Positions 55,123 through 64,000 of a DNA stretch of 64,000 nucleotides are shown here, one piece after another. Origin of the DNA: Clostridiales bacterium. Lineage in GTDB: Bacteria > Bacillota > Clostridia > Christensenellales > UBA3700. Position 1 is the first letter of the stretch; each line of letters begins with the position of its first letter. The stretch lies in NCBI GenBank assembly GCA_014799575.1, contig JAAVHS010000003.1, forward strand, positions 35,483 to 99,482, in the 5' to 3' direction. Position numbers and translations under genes: made by a program. Below the pieces are notes generated by a model. It was not told the DNA's origin. It ran no database searches and saw nothing but the letters and a program-made list of their open reading frames with translations.

Positions 55123-56442
55123 TTAGTCTTTGTCGTTCAAGCAATCAATACCCGGAAGTACTTTGCCCTCGAACAATTCAAGCGATGCGCCGCCACCGGT
55201 CGAGATGTGGCTCATCTTGTCTGCAAAACCGAGTTGCGCAACTGCAGCCGCGCTGTCGCCGCCGCCGATAATCGTCGTTGCTCCGTCAGCTTCAGCCATA
55301 GCCTTTGCTACCGCAACCGTACCATCTGCAAGTATCGGGTTTTCGAATACGCCCATAGGCCCGTTCCAAATAACCGTCTTTGCATTCTTAACGACGTCTG
55401 CGAAGAGTTTTCTCGACTTCTCGCCGATATCAAGACCCATTCTGTCAGCCGGCATAGCGTTGATATCGTAAGTCTTTACCTCGATAGCCGCGTCGATAGG
55501 ATTCGGGAATTCCTTTGCGGTAACTGCGTCAACCGGCAAGAGAATTTGTTTACCCATAGCCTTAGCCTTTGCAAGCATTTCCTTGCAGTAGTCGAGTTTC
55601 TCGTCGTCTACCAAAGACGTGCCGACTTCGTTGCCCATAGCCTTTACGAAAGTATAAGACATACCGCCGCCGATGATAAGCGTGTCGCACTTGTTGAGCA
55701 AGTTGTCGATTACTTTGAGTTTATCGGCAACCTTAGCGCCGCCGAGTACCGCTACGAACGGATGAACGGGATGCTCCAAACTGTCAGCCATAACGCTCAA
55801 TTCTTTTTCAATCAAGAAACCGCAAACTGCGTCCTTAACAAATCCGTACTCTACGATACCTGCCGTCGAAGCGTGGCTTCTATGCGCCGTACCGAAAGCG
55901 TCGTTTACGTATATATCGGCGTATTCGCTCAACGCCTTGCAGAACGCTTCTTCTCTGCCCTCTTCTTCGGCATGGAAACGCAAGTTTTCGAGCAATACGC
56001 ACTCGCCTGCCTTCAAAGCGGCAACCTTGGACTTAGCGTCTTCGCCGATTACGTCTTTTGCAAAAGCAACCTTTCCGCCGAGAAGTTGATTAAGTCTGTC
56101 GGCAACGGGTTTAAGCGTCAACTTAACCGGGTCGCTCTTCAAAGCCTTTGCGATAGCCTCTTCCTTAGCCTTTTCTTGCTCTTCTACAGGCAAAGCTTCG
56201 ATAGCCTTCTTTTCTTTTTTGGTCAAGCCTACTTTCGCGCTGAAAATGCTGTGAGGTTTGCCCATGTGCGAACAAAGGATGACCTTTGCTCCTTGTTCCA
56301 TAAGATACTTAATTGTCGGCAATGCGCCTTGAATACGGTTCTCATCAGTAATTACGCCGTCTTTCATCGGCACGTTGAAATCCACTCTGACAAGGCACTT
56401 CTTGCCCTTTACGTCTACGTCTTTGATTGACTTCTTGTTCAT
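55123..56442 (-). CDS. pgk: Phosphoglycerate kinase (with a ~35-aa insertion)
   Basis: 439 aa with [30 protein letters not shown] and STGGGA. Confidence 0.95.
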   Translation of the reverse strand: MNKKSIKDVDVKGKKCLVRVDFNVPMKDGVITDENRIQGALPTIKYLMEQGAKVILCSHMGKPHSIFSAKVGLTKKEKKAIEALPVEEQEKAKEEAIAKALKSDPVKLTLKPVADRLNQLLGGKVAFAKDVIGEDAKSKVAALKAGECVLLENLRFHAEEEGREEAFCKALSEYADIYVNDAFGTAHRSHASTAGIVEYGFVKDAVCGFLIEKELSVMADSLEHPVHPFVAVLGGAKVADKLKVIDNLLNKCDTLIIGGGMSYTFVKAMGNEVGTSLVDDEKLDYCKEMLAKAKAMGKQILLPVDAVTAKEFPNPIDAAIEVKTYDINAMPADRMGLDIGEKSRKLFADVVKNAKTVIWNGPMGVFENPILADGTVAVAKAMAEADGATTIIGGGDSAAAVAQLGFADKMSHISTGGGASLELFEGKVLPGIDCLNDKD

Positions 56443-56484
56443 ATTAAGTCTCCTTTATATATTTAATATAAATTTTACGCTGTT

Positions 56485-56514
56485 ATTATATCACTGCGCA
56501 GTATTTTTTGTAAA
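56485..56514 (-). promoter_or_regulatory. Promoter of pgk-tpiA-gpmI
   Basis: On the minus strand: TTTACA (56514-56509), an 18-nt spacer, then TATAAT (56490-56485). An AAGGAG RBS precedes the pgk ATG. Confidence 0.55.
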
Positions 56515-56525
56515 GAATAATCGCT

Positions 56526-57215
56526 TCATTTGTCAAGATTATCACAATCTTTGACGCTTTGAGGATTGAGAACGCTGCAATCAAGTCGGCGCAAATGCGC
56601 TCTGTCGGCGTCGCATACGGCTATGAACTCTCCGTTGTATTCCTCAATATGCATTGTAGCGCCGCAACCTACCGCGTCGCACTTCGCGTTTATCTTCAAT
56701 TCATAGAACGTATCTCCCACAAGCATAATCGGCGGCTTGCCGTAAGCAATCTTCTTTATTGCAAATTTGCTTTTGCACATTGCGTTTATCATTCTCATTC
56801 TATAGCCGTAGTCTATTGAAAACGCTCCTGAGGTAAAACAACCCAAAAACAGCGCCAAAATTACCGTCACGCGCAACGTGTTGTTGAATTCCAATCTACC
56901 CACGATATAGATTGCGATTACGCCTATTATCAAGCCGACGATAGATAGCGCAAGTCGCAAAGCGGTAACTTTCTTTATTTTATCTTTCTTGCCTTTGGGG
57001 ATTGTTTGGACTTCCCCCATATCCAAGTCTTGAATGTCCTTGACGTCATCTTCTTGCAAACTTGCCTTTGAGAGTATATAAAGCCTTTCTCTTTCCTTAG
57101 CCTGACGGCGTTCGAAAAAAGACAGCTTTTTCTTTTCGCTTTCGAGTTGCGCTCCGCACTTTTCGCAAAACGTTGCGCCCTCTTTGTTTTCGTGTTTACA
57201 ATTAGGACAAAGCAT
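56526..57215 (-). CDS. Zinc-ribbon membrane protein, function unknown
   Basis: 229 aa with an N-terminal CPNCKHENKEGATFCEKCG zinc ribbon, two TM helices and a Cys-containing C-terminal domain. Confidence 0.6.
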   Translation of the reverse strand: MLCPNCKHENKEGATFCEKCGAQLESEKKKLSFFERRQAKERERLYILSKASLQEDDVKDIQDLDMGEVQTIPKGKKDKIKKVTALRLALSIVGLIIGVIAIYIVGRLEFNNTLRVTVILALFLGCFTSGAFSIDYGYRMRMINAMCKSKFAIKKIAYGKPPIMLVGDTFYELKINAKCDAVGCGATMHIEEYNGEFIAVCDADRAHLRRLDCSVLNPQSVKDCDNLDK

Positions 57216-57216
57216 A

Positions 57217-57972
57217 TTACTTCTCCTTGATATGTTCCGTAAATTCAGGAACGTCTTTTCTCTCTTTGTTTAATCTCTTGACTTTGGAGATATACAGACC
57301 GTATACGACGGAAAGAGTAACTCCGCTTGCCATAATGAGATAACTTGATATATGCGGTTGAATTTGCGCCTTGCTTGCGCTCGCTATCGCAACGACGATA
57401 AAGACTATCCATTGTAGAATAGACAACGCGATAAACGCAATACTCGACACGCGCAAAAACAATCCGTCTTTGTTCTTCTTTCTGTTAATACAAATCGCTA
57501 AGAACCATACTACCCAACTTGCAAGCCAAATAATCGCCACCGTCAAAATCAAAACGTAAGCGTCGTTCAACATCTTCTCGTCTGCATTCGTGACGATTTG
57601 ACTGAACGCTCCGTAGATTACCGACGAATTGATATCGGAATTAGTATGCTCGGAAAGGTACTGGATTGGGCTATCGTATCCAGCGGGCGCGGTAAGAAAA
57701 TCGAGAAATGACATATTTACCGTCACGCCGACTGTAGCGTCCTCTTCCAAATCCATTTTCAATATATCGCTCAACTGACCCGAGAAATTGATATTTATTA
57801 CAGGCATAAGCAAAAACGCTATTATGCACAAAGCAACCGCTATGCCGACAGTAATATTGAGTCTGATATCCAAACTCTTCTTCTTGTCGTCAAGCGCCTT
57901 ATTGAAAAGTAAGTCGGCTTTTTGCTGAGAGGTCAGCGCATTGGGATTTTTCTTTTTCGAGCGTTTTGCCAT
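57217..57972 (-). CDS. Polytopic membrane protein, function unknown
   Basis: 251 aa with a K-rich N-terminus, one TM helix, an ~90-aa loop and three C-terminal TM helices. Its stop lies 1 nt from the ATG of 56526..57215. Confidence 0.55.
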   Translation of the reverse strand: MAKRSKKKNPNALTSQQKADLLFNKALDDKKKSLDIRLNITVGIAVALCIIAFLLMPVININFSGQLSDILKMDLEEDATVGVTVNMSFLDFLTAPAGYDSPIQYLSEHTNSDINSSVIYGAFSQIVTNADEKMLNDAYVLILTVAIIWLASWVVWFLAICINRKKNKDGLFLRVSSIAFIALSILQWIVFIVVAIASASKAQIQPHISSYLIMASGVTLSVVYGLYISKVKRLNKERKDVPEFTEHIKEK

Positions 57973-58152
57973 ATCGTCCTCTAAATTGTTTACTAATACA
58001 ATAGTACACCATTTTGACGATTATCGCAAGAAGTGAATAAAACTTTATAAAAAATATACAATAGTATTGCCATAAAAACGCCGAAGCGCGTACATAGTCC
58101 TTTAATTCGGCAATTTGCCGCGACTTGGGACTAAATAAAAAAGGAGAAGATT

Positions 58153-58407
58153 ATGATTACAATTATTGCACTCATTTTGGTAACGATCGGAGCATTGAAC
58201 TGGTTGAGCGTTGGTATTTTCAACTTCAACGTAATCAACTGGATGTTCACGCCGAGCGCCTACGTCGGAGCAAGAATTATTTATGCGCTTGTAGGTATTG
58301 CGGGCGTATGGCTTATTGCATATCTTATATACAATAAGTTCTCTCCAAAGCGTATCCATGCAGTGGAAGAAATGGCAAATGATAAACGCCATTCCGACAC
58401 AATGTAA
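58153..58407 (+). CDS. DUF378-family small membrane protein
   Basis: 84 aa. IGALNWLSVGIFNFNVINWMF..YALVGIAGVW is the DUF378 signature. A GGAGAAG RBS is present. Confidence 0.8.
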   Translation: MITIIALILVTIGALNWLSVGIFNFNVINWMFTPSAYVGARIIYALVGIAGVWLIAYLIYNKFSPKRIHAVEEMANDKRHSDTM

Positions 58408-58423
58408 TACGGATAAGCAAACG

Positions 58424-58455
58424 AAAACGGACAAGCGAAACGCTTGCCCGTTTTT
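58424..58455. terminator. Bidirectional terminator between DUF378 and the ABC fusion gene
   Basis: AAAACGGACAAGCGAAACGCTTGCCCGTTTTT. Confidence 0.75.
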
Positions 58456-58481
58456 GTCGTAATGATTTTGGAAATTTTACT

Positions 58482-61400
58482 TTACGCCGTCCGTATAGTC
58501 TCAATCGGTTTTTTCCGCGACAGTTTGTATACAGGCACGAAACTCGACACTATCGCCACAACTACGCTTATCAAGAGCATAAGAGCGATTTGTCTGATTC
58601 CGAAGTTGAGAAGCGTAATTTGTATGCCGTATTCGCTTCTCATCATATTGTTGAGCAACATACATCCTACTCCGCTGACTATCATCGACAAGACAAAGTT
58701 GATAAGCGCAATGATAAGGCTTTCGCTGAAGAAGATTGAGAATACGTCGCTCGACTTCGCTCCGACCGCTCGCAAGATACCAATCTCGCGCTTCTTGTAG
58801 GAGATGGACACTGCGATATAGTTGCTCATCAAGAGCATTGAGAAAATCGCGAGTCCCAAGCCGACGTAAAGGAATACCGTACCCAACACTGCAAGAATAT
58901 CGTTGACCTGATCAAGGAGCAAGGTAACGCCATTTTGCATACTGAAGCCTCTTGAACCGCTTTTGTCGTAGTGCAAATCCACAAGCGTCTCGATTGTCGC
59001 TCTATCCGTCGGCATAGGCGCAATAAAGAAGGTATATATAATCGGTTCAAAACTTTGAGCAGCAGCATACATAGTATCGTTTATAACAACGCTATCGCTT
59101 CTATAGTTGACGCCTGACGAATTCTTTCTCAAATAGAAACCTACAATAATACCGTCTTCAATGCGCATGCCACCTCCGCTGTTTCCCAACGTATAGTACG
59201 CATCTTTCATTGCTATCGGGCTATAATTTACCGCTTTGAATAGTTCGGCATAGTATATCTTTAGGCTAAGAGAATTCATAACCGCTTCACCGCTATCAAG
59301 TCCGATTGCGTTGCTTGTACGACCGCCTTTAAACTCTCTTGACTCATAATTGCCGTCTTCATCATAGCATCCTATGTATATAGTATCTCTATTCAAATAT
59401 CCGACGTAAATTACCTTCAACTCGTCATCGCTCAAATCATCGATAGAAATCCCCGAATAATACGAAGATACTTTATCATTCAACTCATCCAACTCAAAAT
59501 TAAACTGATCATATTCTTGATAATATGATAGAGATCGAATTTCTCCGAACAACTCATATACATATCTATCGCCAATGTAGTAGCCGGAAGCATCTCTACC
59601 ACTATCTTCTTTGACCTTTTTTAGATACGTCCTGAACTTTTCGACTTGCTCGCTCGTCAACGCTTGCGCCCCTTCGAAGAGCGCAATATATCTTTTTATA
59701 TAATAATTATCCAAATCGGAGAGATTCGTAACATATCCGCTCACAAGACCGTTGAAATAGTTCCTACTGAACTCTATTTCAATATCGTCTAATTCTACTT
59801 TATCGCTACCGTTATATTCAAACATACCGTAATCGTCGGCAAAGTCAAGACTTACAACGTATTCGTTTTGGGAAAGCGTAGTGCGAGCGTCGCCCAACCA
59901 TAGAATTTCGAATTTACTCAAATCATCAGACTTTGCAATGCCTGTGAAACTTGAGTTATACCAATTGTTGGCGCTATCTTCAAAATTCAAATATCCATTT
60001 ACTGAAATACCAACGGATTTTTCTTCCGATTCGAGAAGTCCATTTACAATGTCATTATACTTTTCCTCGCTTACGTAACCCAAAGAATGATATCCATACT
60101 CAAAGTAATTTTGACATTCGGTACCCAAAATATAATTCATCATACCATTTCCTTCCGAGGAGTCGATTGAAGGTTTCAACGATTCAAATCTTCCATCCAC
60201 GTCGGCTTTGGTATCGACTATACCTACTATTTTCCAATTCGTACTTTTGCCTGTACTGTAATCTCTGAGCACCAAATACGGATTTTGATCCAAGAACTTT
60301 TGAGGATCTTGACAATCTTCTGTTTTGATAGTCTTTTGCTCATAAGTATCTACGTCATTATACGTCAAGCCCGCAGTCTTGAAGTGCTCGTAGATATATT
60401 TTGTAATAACGATTTCATTGGAATTCAACGGTTGTCTACCCGTAAAGTCTGTGAAACCGTATTTTCTGAAATTATCCTCTCCCGCAGGCAGATATCCGTA
60501 AATTGTACTATTATAATACGGAGAATAACTATTGCCCTGCAATTTATTTGATTCATAAACGTCGAATCTTGCTTCAGCCTTAGCGACTCCGATAAAGTCA
60601 AGACCCGTCTTTTCCTTAATTCTTTTGAGGTCGTTTACGGATGCGCCGCCTGCGTTATTATAGTAATCTCGATCTTCATTGCGTACCGTCGCGCTGAAAA
60701 CTGCGCTGTCGTATTTACTGTCAATCAATGAATTGACGGTGGTCTTCTTTACGTTGTATGCGCCGATTGAATCCGCTAGACCGAACATCGCAAAGCTGAC
60801 TAAACACAACAATATGGTCATAAATAATCTAAACGGCTTTGTGCGCACGGAACTTGCGCCAATCTTGAACGCGTGCGAAAAAGGAAGTTTGGAACGAATA
60901 AACTTACTCGAACCGTCGTACTTCTTGTTTTCTTCCGAAAGCGTCTTGTTGTCGGTATTCCTAAATACTTCCTGATTGCCGTCTTTATCAATTCTCGCAA
61001 TTTGGCAAAAACTCTCGTTGGAACGCTCGTCAAGCGAAATAATCGTGTCGCTTTCCGCATTGTCGAGATATTGCTGAATTTTTTTCATATCTGCGGAAGT
61101 GAGTTTATAGCCTTTGCGAATATGCAAAATCTTGTCGTCTACCACGCTAAGACCTTCGCTTTCCTTGTGCGATTCGGCGGTCTCTTTGGTAATATCAGAT
61201 ATTATCTTTCCGTCGGCAAGTTCGATTACTCTGTCGCCGTAGAACTCTGCGAATTCTCTATCGTGCGATACGACAATTACCAACTTGCTCTTGGAAAGTT
61301 TTTTGAGCGTATCGAACACTTGCTTACCCGTATTGGAATCTAGCGCGCCCGTAGGCTCGTCCGCCATAATGATTTCAGGCTCTTTGATAAGCGCTCTTGC

Positions 61401-61853
61401 GATTGCCACACGTTGCTTTTGTCCGCCAGACAACTCATTGGGCTTTCTATTGCCGTAGCCTACCAAGTCTACTTCTTCGAGTATGTCGTTGAGCGTCTTG
61501 TCGTCCACTTTCTTACCCTGCAATTTCATTGCGAGAGCAATATTTTGTCCTACCGTGAATTCGTTGAGAATGTTGTACTCTTGGAATATAAATCCTATGA
61601 AAGTATTGCGGTAAGAATCGAAGTCCGCTTGCGAAAAGTCTTTTGACGACTTACCTTTGATTGAAAATTCTCCGCTGTCGGCCGTATCAAGTCCGCCGAT
61701 TACGTTCAAAAGAGTGGATTTACCGCTACCCGATTTACCGAGTATGAATACCAATCCCGTATCGGCAAACGACAAGGATACCCCGTCCAACGCCTTGACA
61801 GGAACGCCCTTTTTAGGTTTGTACGTCCTGTACACGTTCTTAATTTCTAACAT
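58482..61853 (-). CDS. MacB-type ABC fusion: ATPase plus FtsX permease with a ~620-aa extracytoplasmic domain
   Basis: I chose the ATG at 61853 (MLEIKNV), after AAGGAG. It has [32 protein letters not shown], one TM helix near aa 350, a very long hydrophilic domain, and a C-terminal FtsX-like 3-TM block (KKREIGILRAVGA). Confidence 0.8.
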   Translation of the reverse strand: MLEIKNVYRTYKPKKGVPVKALDGVSLSFADTGLVFILGKSGSGKSTLLNVIGGLDTADSGEFSIKGKSSKDFSQADFDSYRNTFIGFIFQEYNILNEFTVGQNIALAMKLQGKKVDDKTLNDILEEVDLVGYGNRKPNELSGGQKQRVAIARALIKEPEIIMADEPTGALDSNTGKQVFDTLKKLSKSKLVIVVSHDREFAEFYGDRVIELADGKIISDITKETAESHKESEGLSVVDDKILHIRKGYKLTSADMKKIQQYLDNAESDTIISLDERSNESFCQIARIDKDGNQEVFRNTDNKTLSEENKKYDGSSKFIRSKLPFSHAFKIGASSVRTKPFRLFMTILLCLVSFAMFGLADSIGAYNVKKTTVNSLIDSKYDSAVFSATVRNEDRDYYNNAGGASVNDLKRIKEKTGLDFIGVAKAEARFDVYESNKLQGNSYSPYYNSTIYGYLPAGEDNFRKYGFTDFTGRQPLNSNEIVITKYIYEHFKTAGLTYNDVDTYEQKTIKTEDCQDPQKFLDQNPYLVLRDYSTGKSTNWKIVGIVDTKADVDGRFESLKPSIDSSEGNGMMNYILGTECQNYFEYGYHSLGYVSEEKYNDIVNGLLESEEKSVGISVNGYLNFEDSANNWYNSSFTGIAKSDDLSKFEILWLGDARTTLSQNEYVVSLDFADDYGMFEYNGSDKVELDDIEIEFSRNYFNGLVSGYVTNLSDLDNYYIKRYIALFEGAQALTSEQVEKFRTYLKKVKEDSGRDASGYYIGDRYVYELFGEIRSLSYYQEYDQFNFELDELNDKVSSYYSGISIDDLSDDELKVIYVGYLNRDTIYIGCYDEDGNYESREFKGGRTSNAIGLDSGEAVMNSLSLKIYYAELFKAVNYSPIAMKDAYYTLGNSGGGMRIEDGIIVGFYLRKNSSGVNYRSDSVVINDTMYAAAQSFEPIIYTFFIAPMPTDRATIETLVDLHYDKSGSRGFSMQNGVTLLLDQVNDILAVLGTVFLYVGLGLAIFSMLLMSNYIAVSISYKKREIGILRAVGAKSSDVFSIFFSESLIIALINFVLSMIVSGVGCMLLNNMMRSEYGIQITLLNFGIRQIALMLLISVVVAIVSSFVPVYKLSRKKPIETIRTA

Positions 61854-61924
61854 TGCTTTCTCCTTATGCAATTTGTTTAGTTACTTAATTATAACCTTTA
61901 CTGTTGACAATGTCAAGAATTTTA

Positions 61925-64000
61925 CTATGACAAACGAAATACCACAACGCTTGAATCGTCTTTTAATCCCAACGCTTTGGCTTGATTTATTATCTCGTCG
62001 CAGACCTGTTGAGGATTGAGCGTAGAAATGCAATTTAGAATATGTTTAATACCGCCGAGCGTAAGCGTTTCCATAATGCCGTCGCTGAACATTACCACCA
62101 TTTCCCCTAGCGCTATAAGTTGACGTTGAACTTGCGGAGTAGCCTCTTCGACAATTCCCAAAGGAAGGGCGTTGCTGTCTATAATCTGTATGCTGTCCAA
62201 CCTCTTGATAATACTTTGCACGCCGCCTTGTTTGATAAAATCGACAATTCCAAGTTCCAAGTCGACGACGCACATATCGAGAGCGTTGAAATTGTCCTTT
62301 GATACGACGGCTAGAAGTCTGTTGACGAGCATGAGCGAATTTACGTTGTCAAAGCCCGCTTTGTAGTAAGAACTCACCATATCGAGCGCGAGTTGACTTC
62401 CCTCTCTTGCGCTGACGCCCGTACCCATTCCGTCGCAAAGCGCGATAAGCACTTTATCGTGTTTGAGTTTTGTCACCGTATACGTATCTCCGCACGCTTT
62501 GGAATCGGGTTTCGTACACGTGGCGGTAGCGTATGTGATTCTATACTTAGGCGAGTTGATAAAAGTAATGCAGTATCTGCCGTCAGGCAGTTTTCTCTCT
62601 TCTTTCTTTTCGAGTTGCGCGCTAGTGAGTTTTGACAACACGCCTATCAGCGCTTTTTTGTTGCGGTCGCGCTCTCGCACAATCAAAGATATGGTATGTC
62701 TACCGTTTTTTATCAACGTCATCACGTCAGAGCATACTATATTGTTGTAGCCTAATTCCTCGACTATTCTCGCGTCAAGTCTGTCGTCGATATTGACGGT
62801 ACTCTTGACCTCTTCGCCTAGGCTTGAAAGAATGTCGCTTACGCCGAGTAATTGTCCCGAAATCAACTTTTGGTCTACTTCCATTTCCTTGCCCGAATTG
62901 TATTTGATATCGTATGCAAGCGCAGTGCGATTGCAAGTGGATAAGAGCGTGGGAAGTTGAATACACTTAGATGACAAAAAGGTCGGCAAATCTTCAAGCG
63001 TCGCCTTTCCCGAAGTGAGTACCGTACGCACGACTCCTTCGAGCAACGTCGAGAGTTCTCCGCTCAAAATGCTTTGACAGTAATCTTTGTTGATACAGTT
63101 GCCGCAGACATTAAGCATAATTTCCTGAGCTATTCCGGGGACGGCTTGCACAGGCGGAAGATAACGCATTACGTTTTTGGAATAAATCTCCGACATTTCG
63201 TAGAATACGCCCGACACTGTCGAAAGCCGAGAGGCAAGGTCTCTGCGCGAGCGATTGACCAGCTCTTTCGCGCTTTCTCTACCCTCGCTCGATTTGAACA
63301 TAGGAAGTCTTTTGATGAAGTTGTCGGTAATACAAGTTGTGATAAGCACGCCGACGGTAAAACCTATCAAATGTAAATAATATACGCCCGAAAAGATATT
63401 GAAATAAAGTCCGCAAATTATATGAGTAAGCACGGCGCACAATCCCGCTATCCATTTGTTTGCGCAAAACAGGTATGAGGTAAGGAAAATTAAAATTATT
63501 CCCCCCGACATTGCCAAGGTGATTTCCGTCAATCCCGCGCCGACAGCCATTGCGCTGACAATAACCATGCCTTGAGGAAGAGAAAAATTGCGATAAAGAT
63601 ATGGCATTGCCAAGCCCAAAACCAAATAGAAGATTTTGAATCCGTAAATATCCAAAGAATAAAGTCCGTTGGCAACAACCGCCAACAATACGAAACCGCC
63701 TACGATTTCGTCGCCGCTCAATCTTCTGCCCACGCCTCGCACGCCCATTGCGTAGCAAATCGTACTGAAAAGCAGACTTACAACGACGAGGCTCACGAGA
63801 TATACGCCGTATTCAATCTTGAATCCGTGAACGATATCGACGACGGCAAGCGGAAGCACGCAAATAAAAGCGTAGCCTATCGTCGCAGACAAGCGCATAG
63901 GCTTTGCAAAAAGATAGTGCAAATACTTCGCCGTCAGCATAATTATTATCGGAACGATCGCGTATATTATGCCGTAAAGCGAGTGGTCGCAGATAAGACA
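61925..64000 (-). CDS. spoIIE: Stage II sporulation protein E (multi-TM PP2C phosphatase); the 5' end probably lies outside the window
   Basis: It has ~10 TM helices, a central domain and a C-terminal PP2C domain (ACGDTY..CDGMGTG..MFSDG). The frame stays open from the ATG at 63940 to the window edge (..CLICDHSLYGIIYAIVPIII-M), so the true start may lie beyond 64000. Confidence 0.85.
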   Translation of the reverse strand, partial: CLICDHSLYGIIYAIVPIIIMLTAKYLHYLFAKPMRLSATIGYAFICVLPLAVVDIVHGFKIEYGVYLVSLVVVSLLFSTICYAMGVRGVGRRLSGDEIVGGFVLLAVVANGLYSLDIYGFKIFYLVLGLAMPYLYRNFSLPQGMVIVSAMAVGAGLTEITLAMSGGIILIFLTSYLFCANKWIAGLCAVLTHIICGLYFNIFSGVYYLHLIGFTVGVLITTCITDNFIKRLPMFKSSEGRESAKELVNRSRRDLASRLSTVSGVFYEMSEIYSKNVMRYLPPVQAVPGIAQEIMLNVCGNCINKDYCQSILSGELSTLLEGVVRTVLTSGKATLEDLPTFLSSKCIQLPTLLSTCNRTALAYDIKYNSGKEMEVDQKLISGQLLGVSDILSSLGEEVKSTVNIDDRLDARIVEELGYNNIVCSDVMTLIKNGRHTISLIVRERDRNKKALIGVLSKLTSAQLEKKEERKLPDGRYCITFINSPKYRITYATATCTKPDSKACGDTYTVTKLKHDKVLIALCDGMGTGVSAREGSQLALDMVSSYYKAGFDNVNSLMLVNRLLAVVSKDNFNALDMCVVDLELGIVDFIKQGGVQSIIKRLDSIQIIDSNALPLGIVEEATPQVQRQLIALGEMVVMFSDGIMETLTLGGIKHILNCISTLNPQQVCDEIINQAKALGLKDDSSVVVFRLS

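Noticed and set aside
52735-56430. Long plus-strand ORFs opposite gpmI, tpiA and pgk (52735..53604, 54319..55113, 55207..56430)
   Set aside because: They are antisense to three textbook glycolytic genes. They have no RBS and no motifs, and they show the same shadow-ORF pattern.

Overview
The window looks like a chromosomal segment of a low-GC, spore-forming Firmicute. Evidence for this is the GerA-type germinant receptor operon, SpoIIE, the ecfA1-ecfA2-ecfT-truA operon, and a long Mollicutes/Erysipelotrichia-style PotA.

I support about 50 protein genes and 3 tRNAs:
- a truncated CobW-type GTPase
- two tandem GH30-like hydrolases
- a PuuR-like regulator plus potABCD
- a DEAD-box helicase, an SDR, an MFS transporter, and a large repeat lipoprotein
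- tRNA-fMet/tRNA-Met and tRNA-Glu
- Ppx/GppA, LMW-PTP, truA and the ECF energising module
- PFOR
- an AT-rich RNase III paralog
- an ECF-sigma/anti-sigma pair next to a vWA lipoprotein
- an MFS / MBL (ComEC-like) / amino-acid-kinase / deoxyinosine-glycosylase string
- a GH2 beta-mannosidase and gerABC
- an esterase, nagA, a lipoprotein, nahK, galE and a CapD-like dehydratase
- yqeY, yhhQ plus a small radical-SAM gene
- pgk-tpiA-gpmI
- two unknown membrane/zinc-ribbon genes, DUF378, a giant MacB-like ABC fusion, and spoIIE (partial)

I saw no CRISPR array, transposase, integrase, reverse transcriptase or recognisable multi-gene defence system.

The signals I consider most worth follow-up are non-coding or single-gene:
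1. A ~150-nt element is present twice (10124-10275 and 52360-52509). Its stems are conserved and its loops diverge. It travels with two other short repeat modules.
2. A ~1.1-kb AT-rich micro-island sits between 29/35-nt inverted repeats. It carries an XRE gene and an amber-interrupted ORF.
3. An RNase III paralog has two dsRBD-like modules.
4. A translationally coupled radical-SAM/YhhQ pair may act in queuine/preQ salvage.

Most ORF-track entries opposite long genes are antisense shadows.
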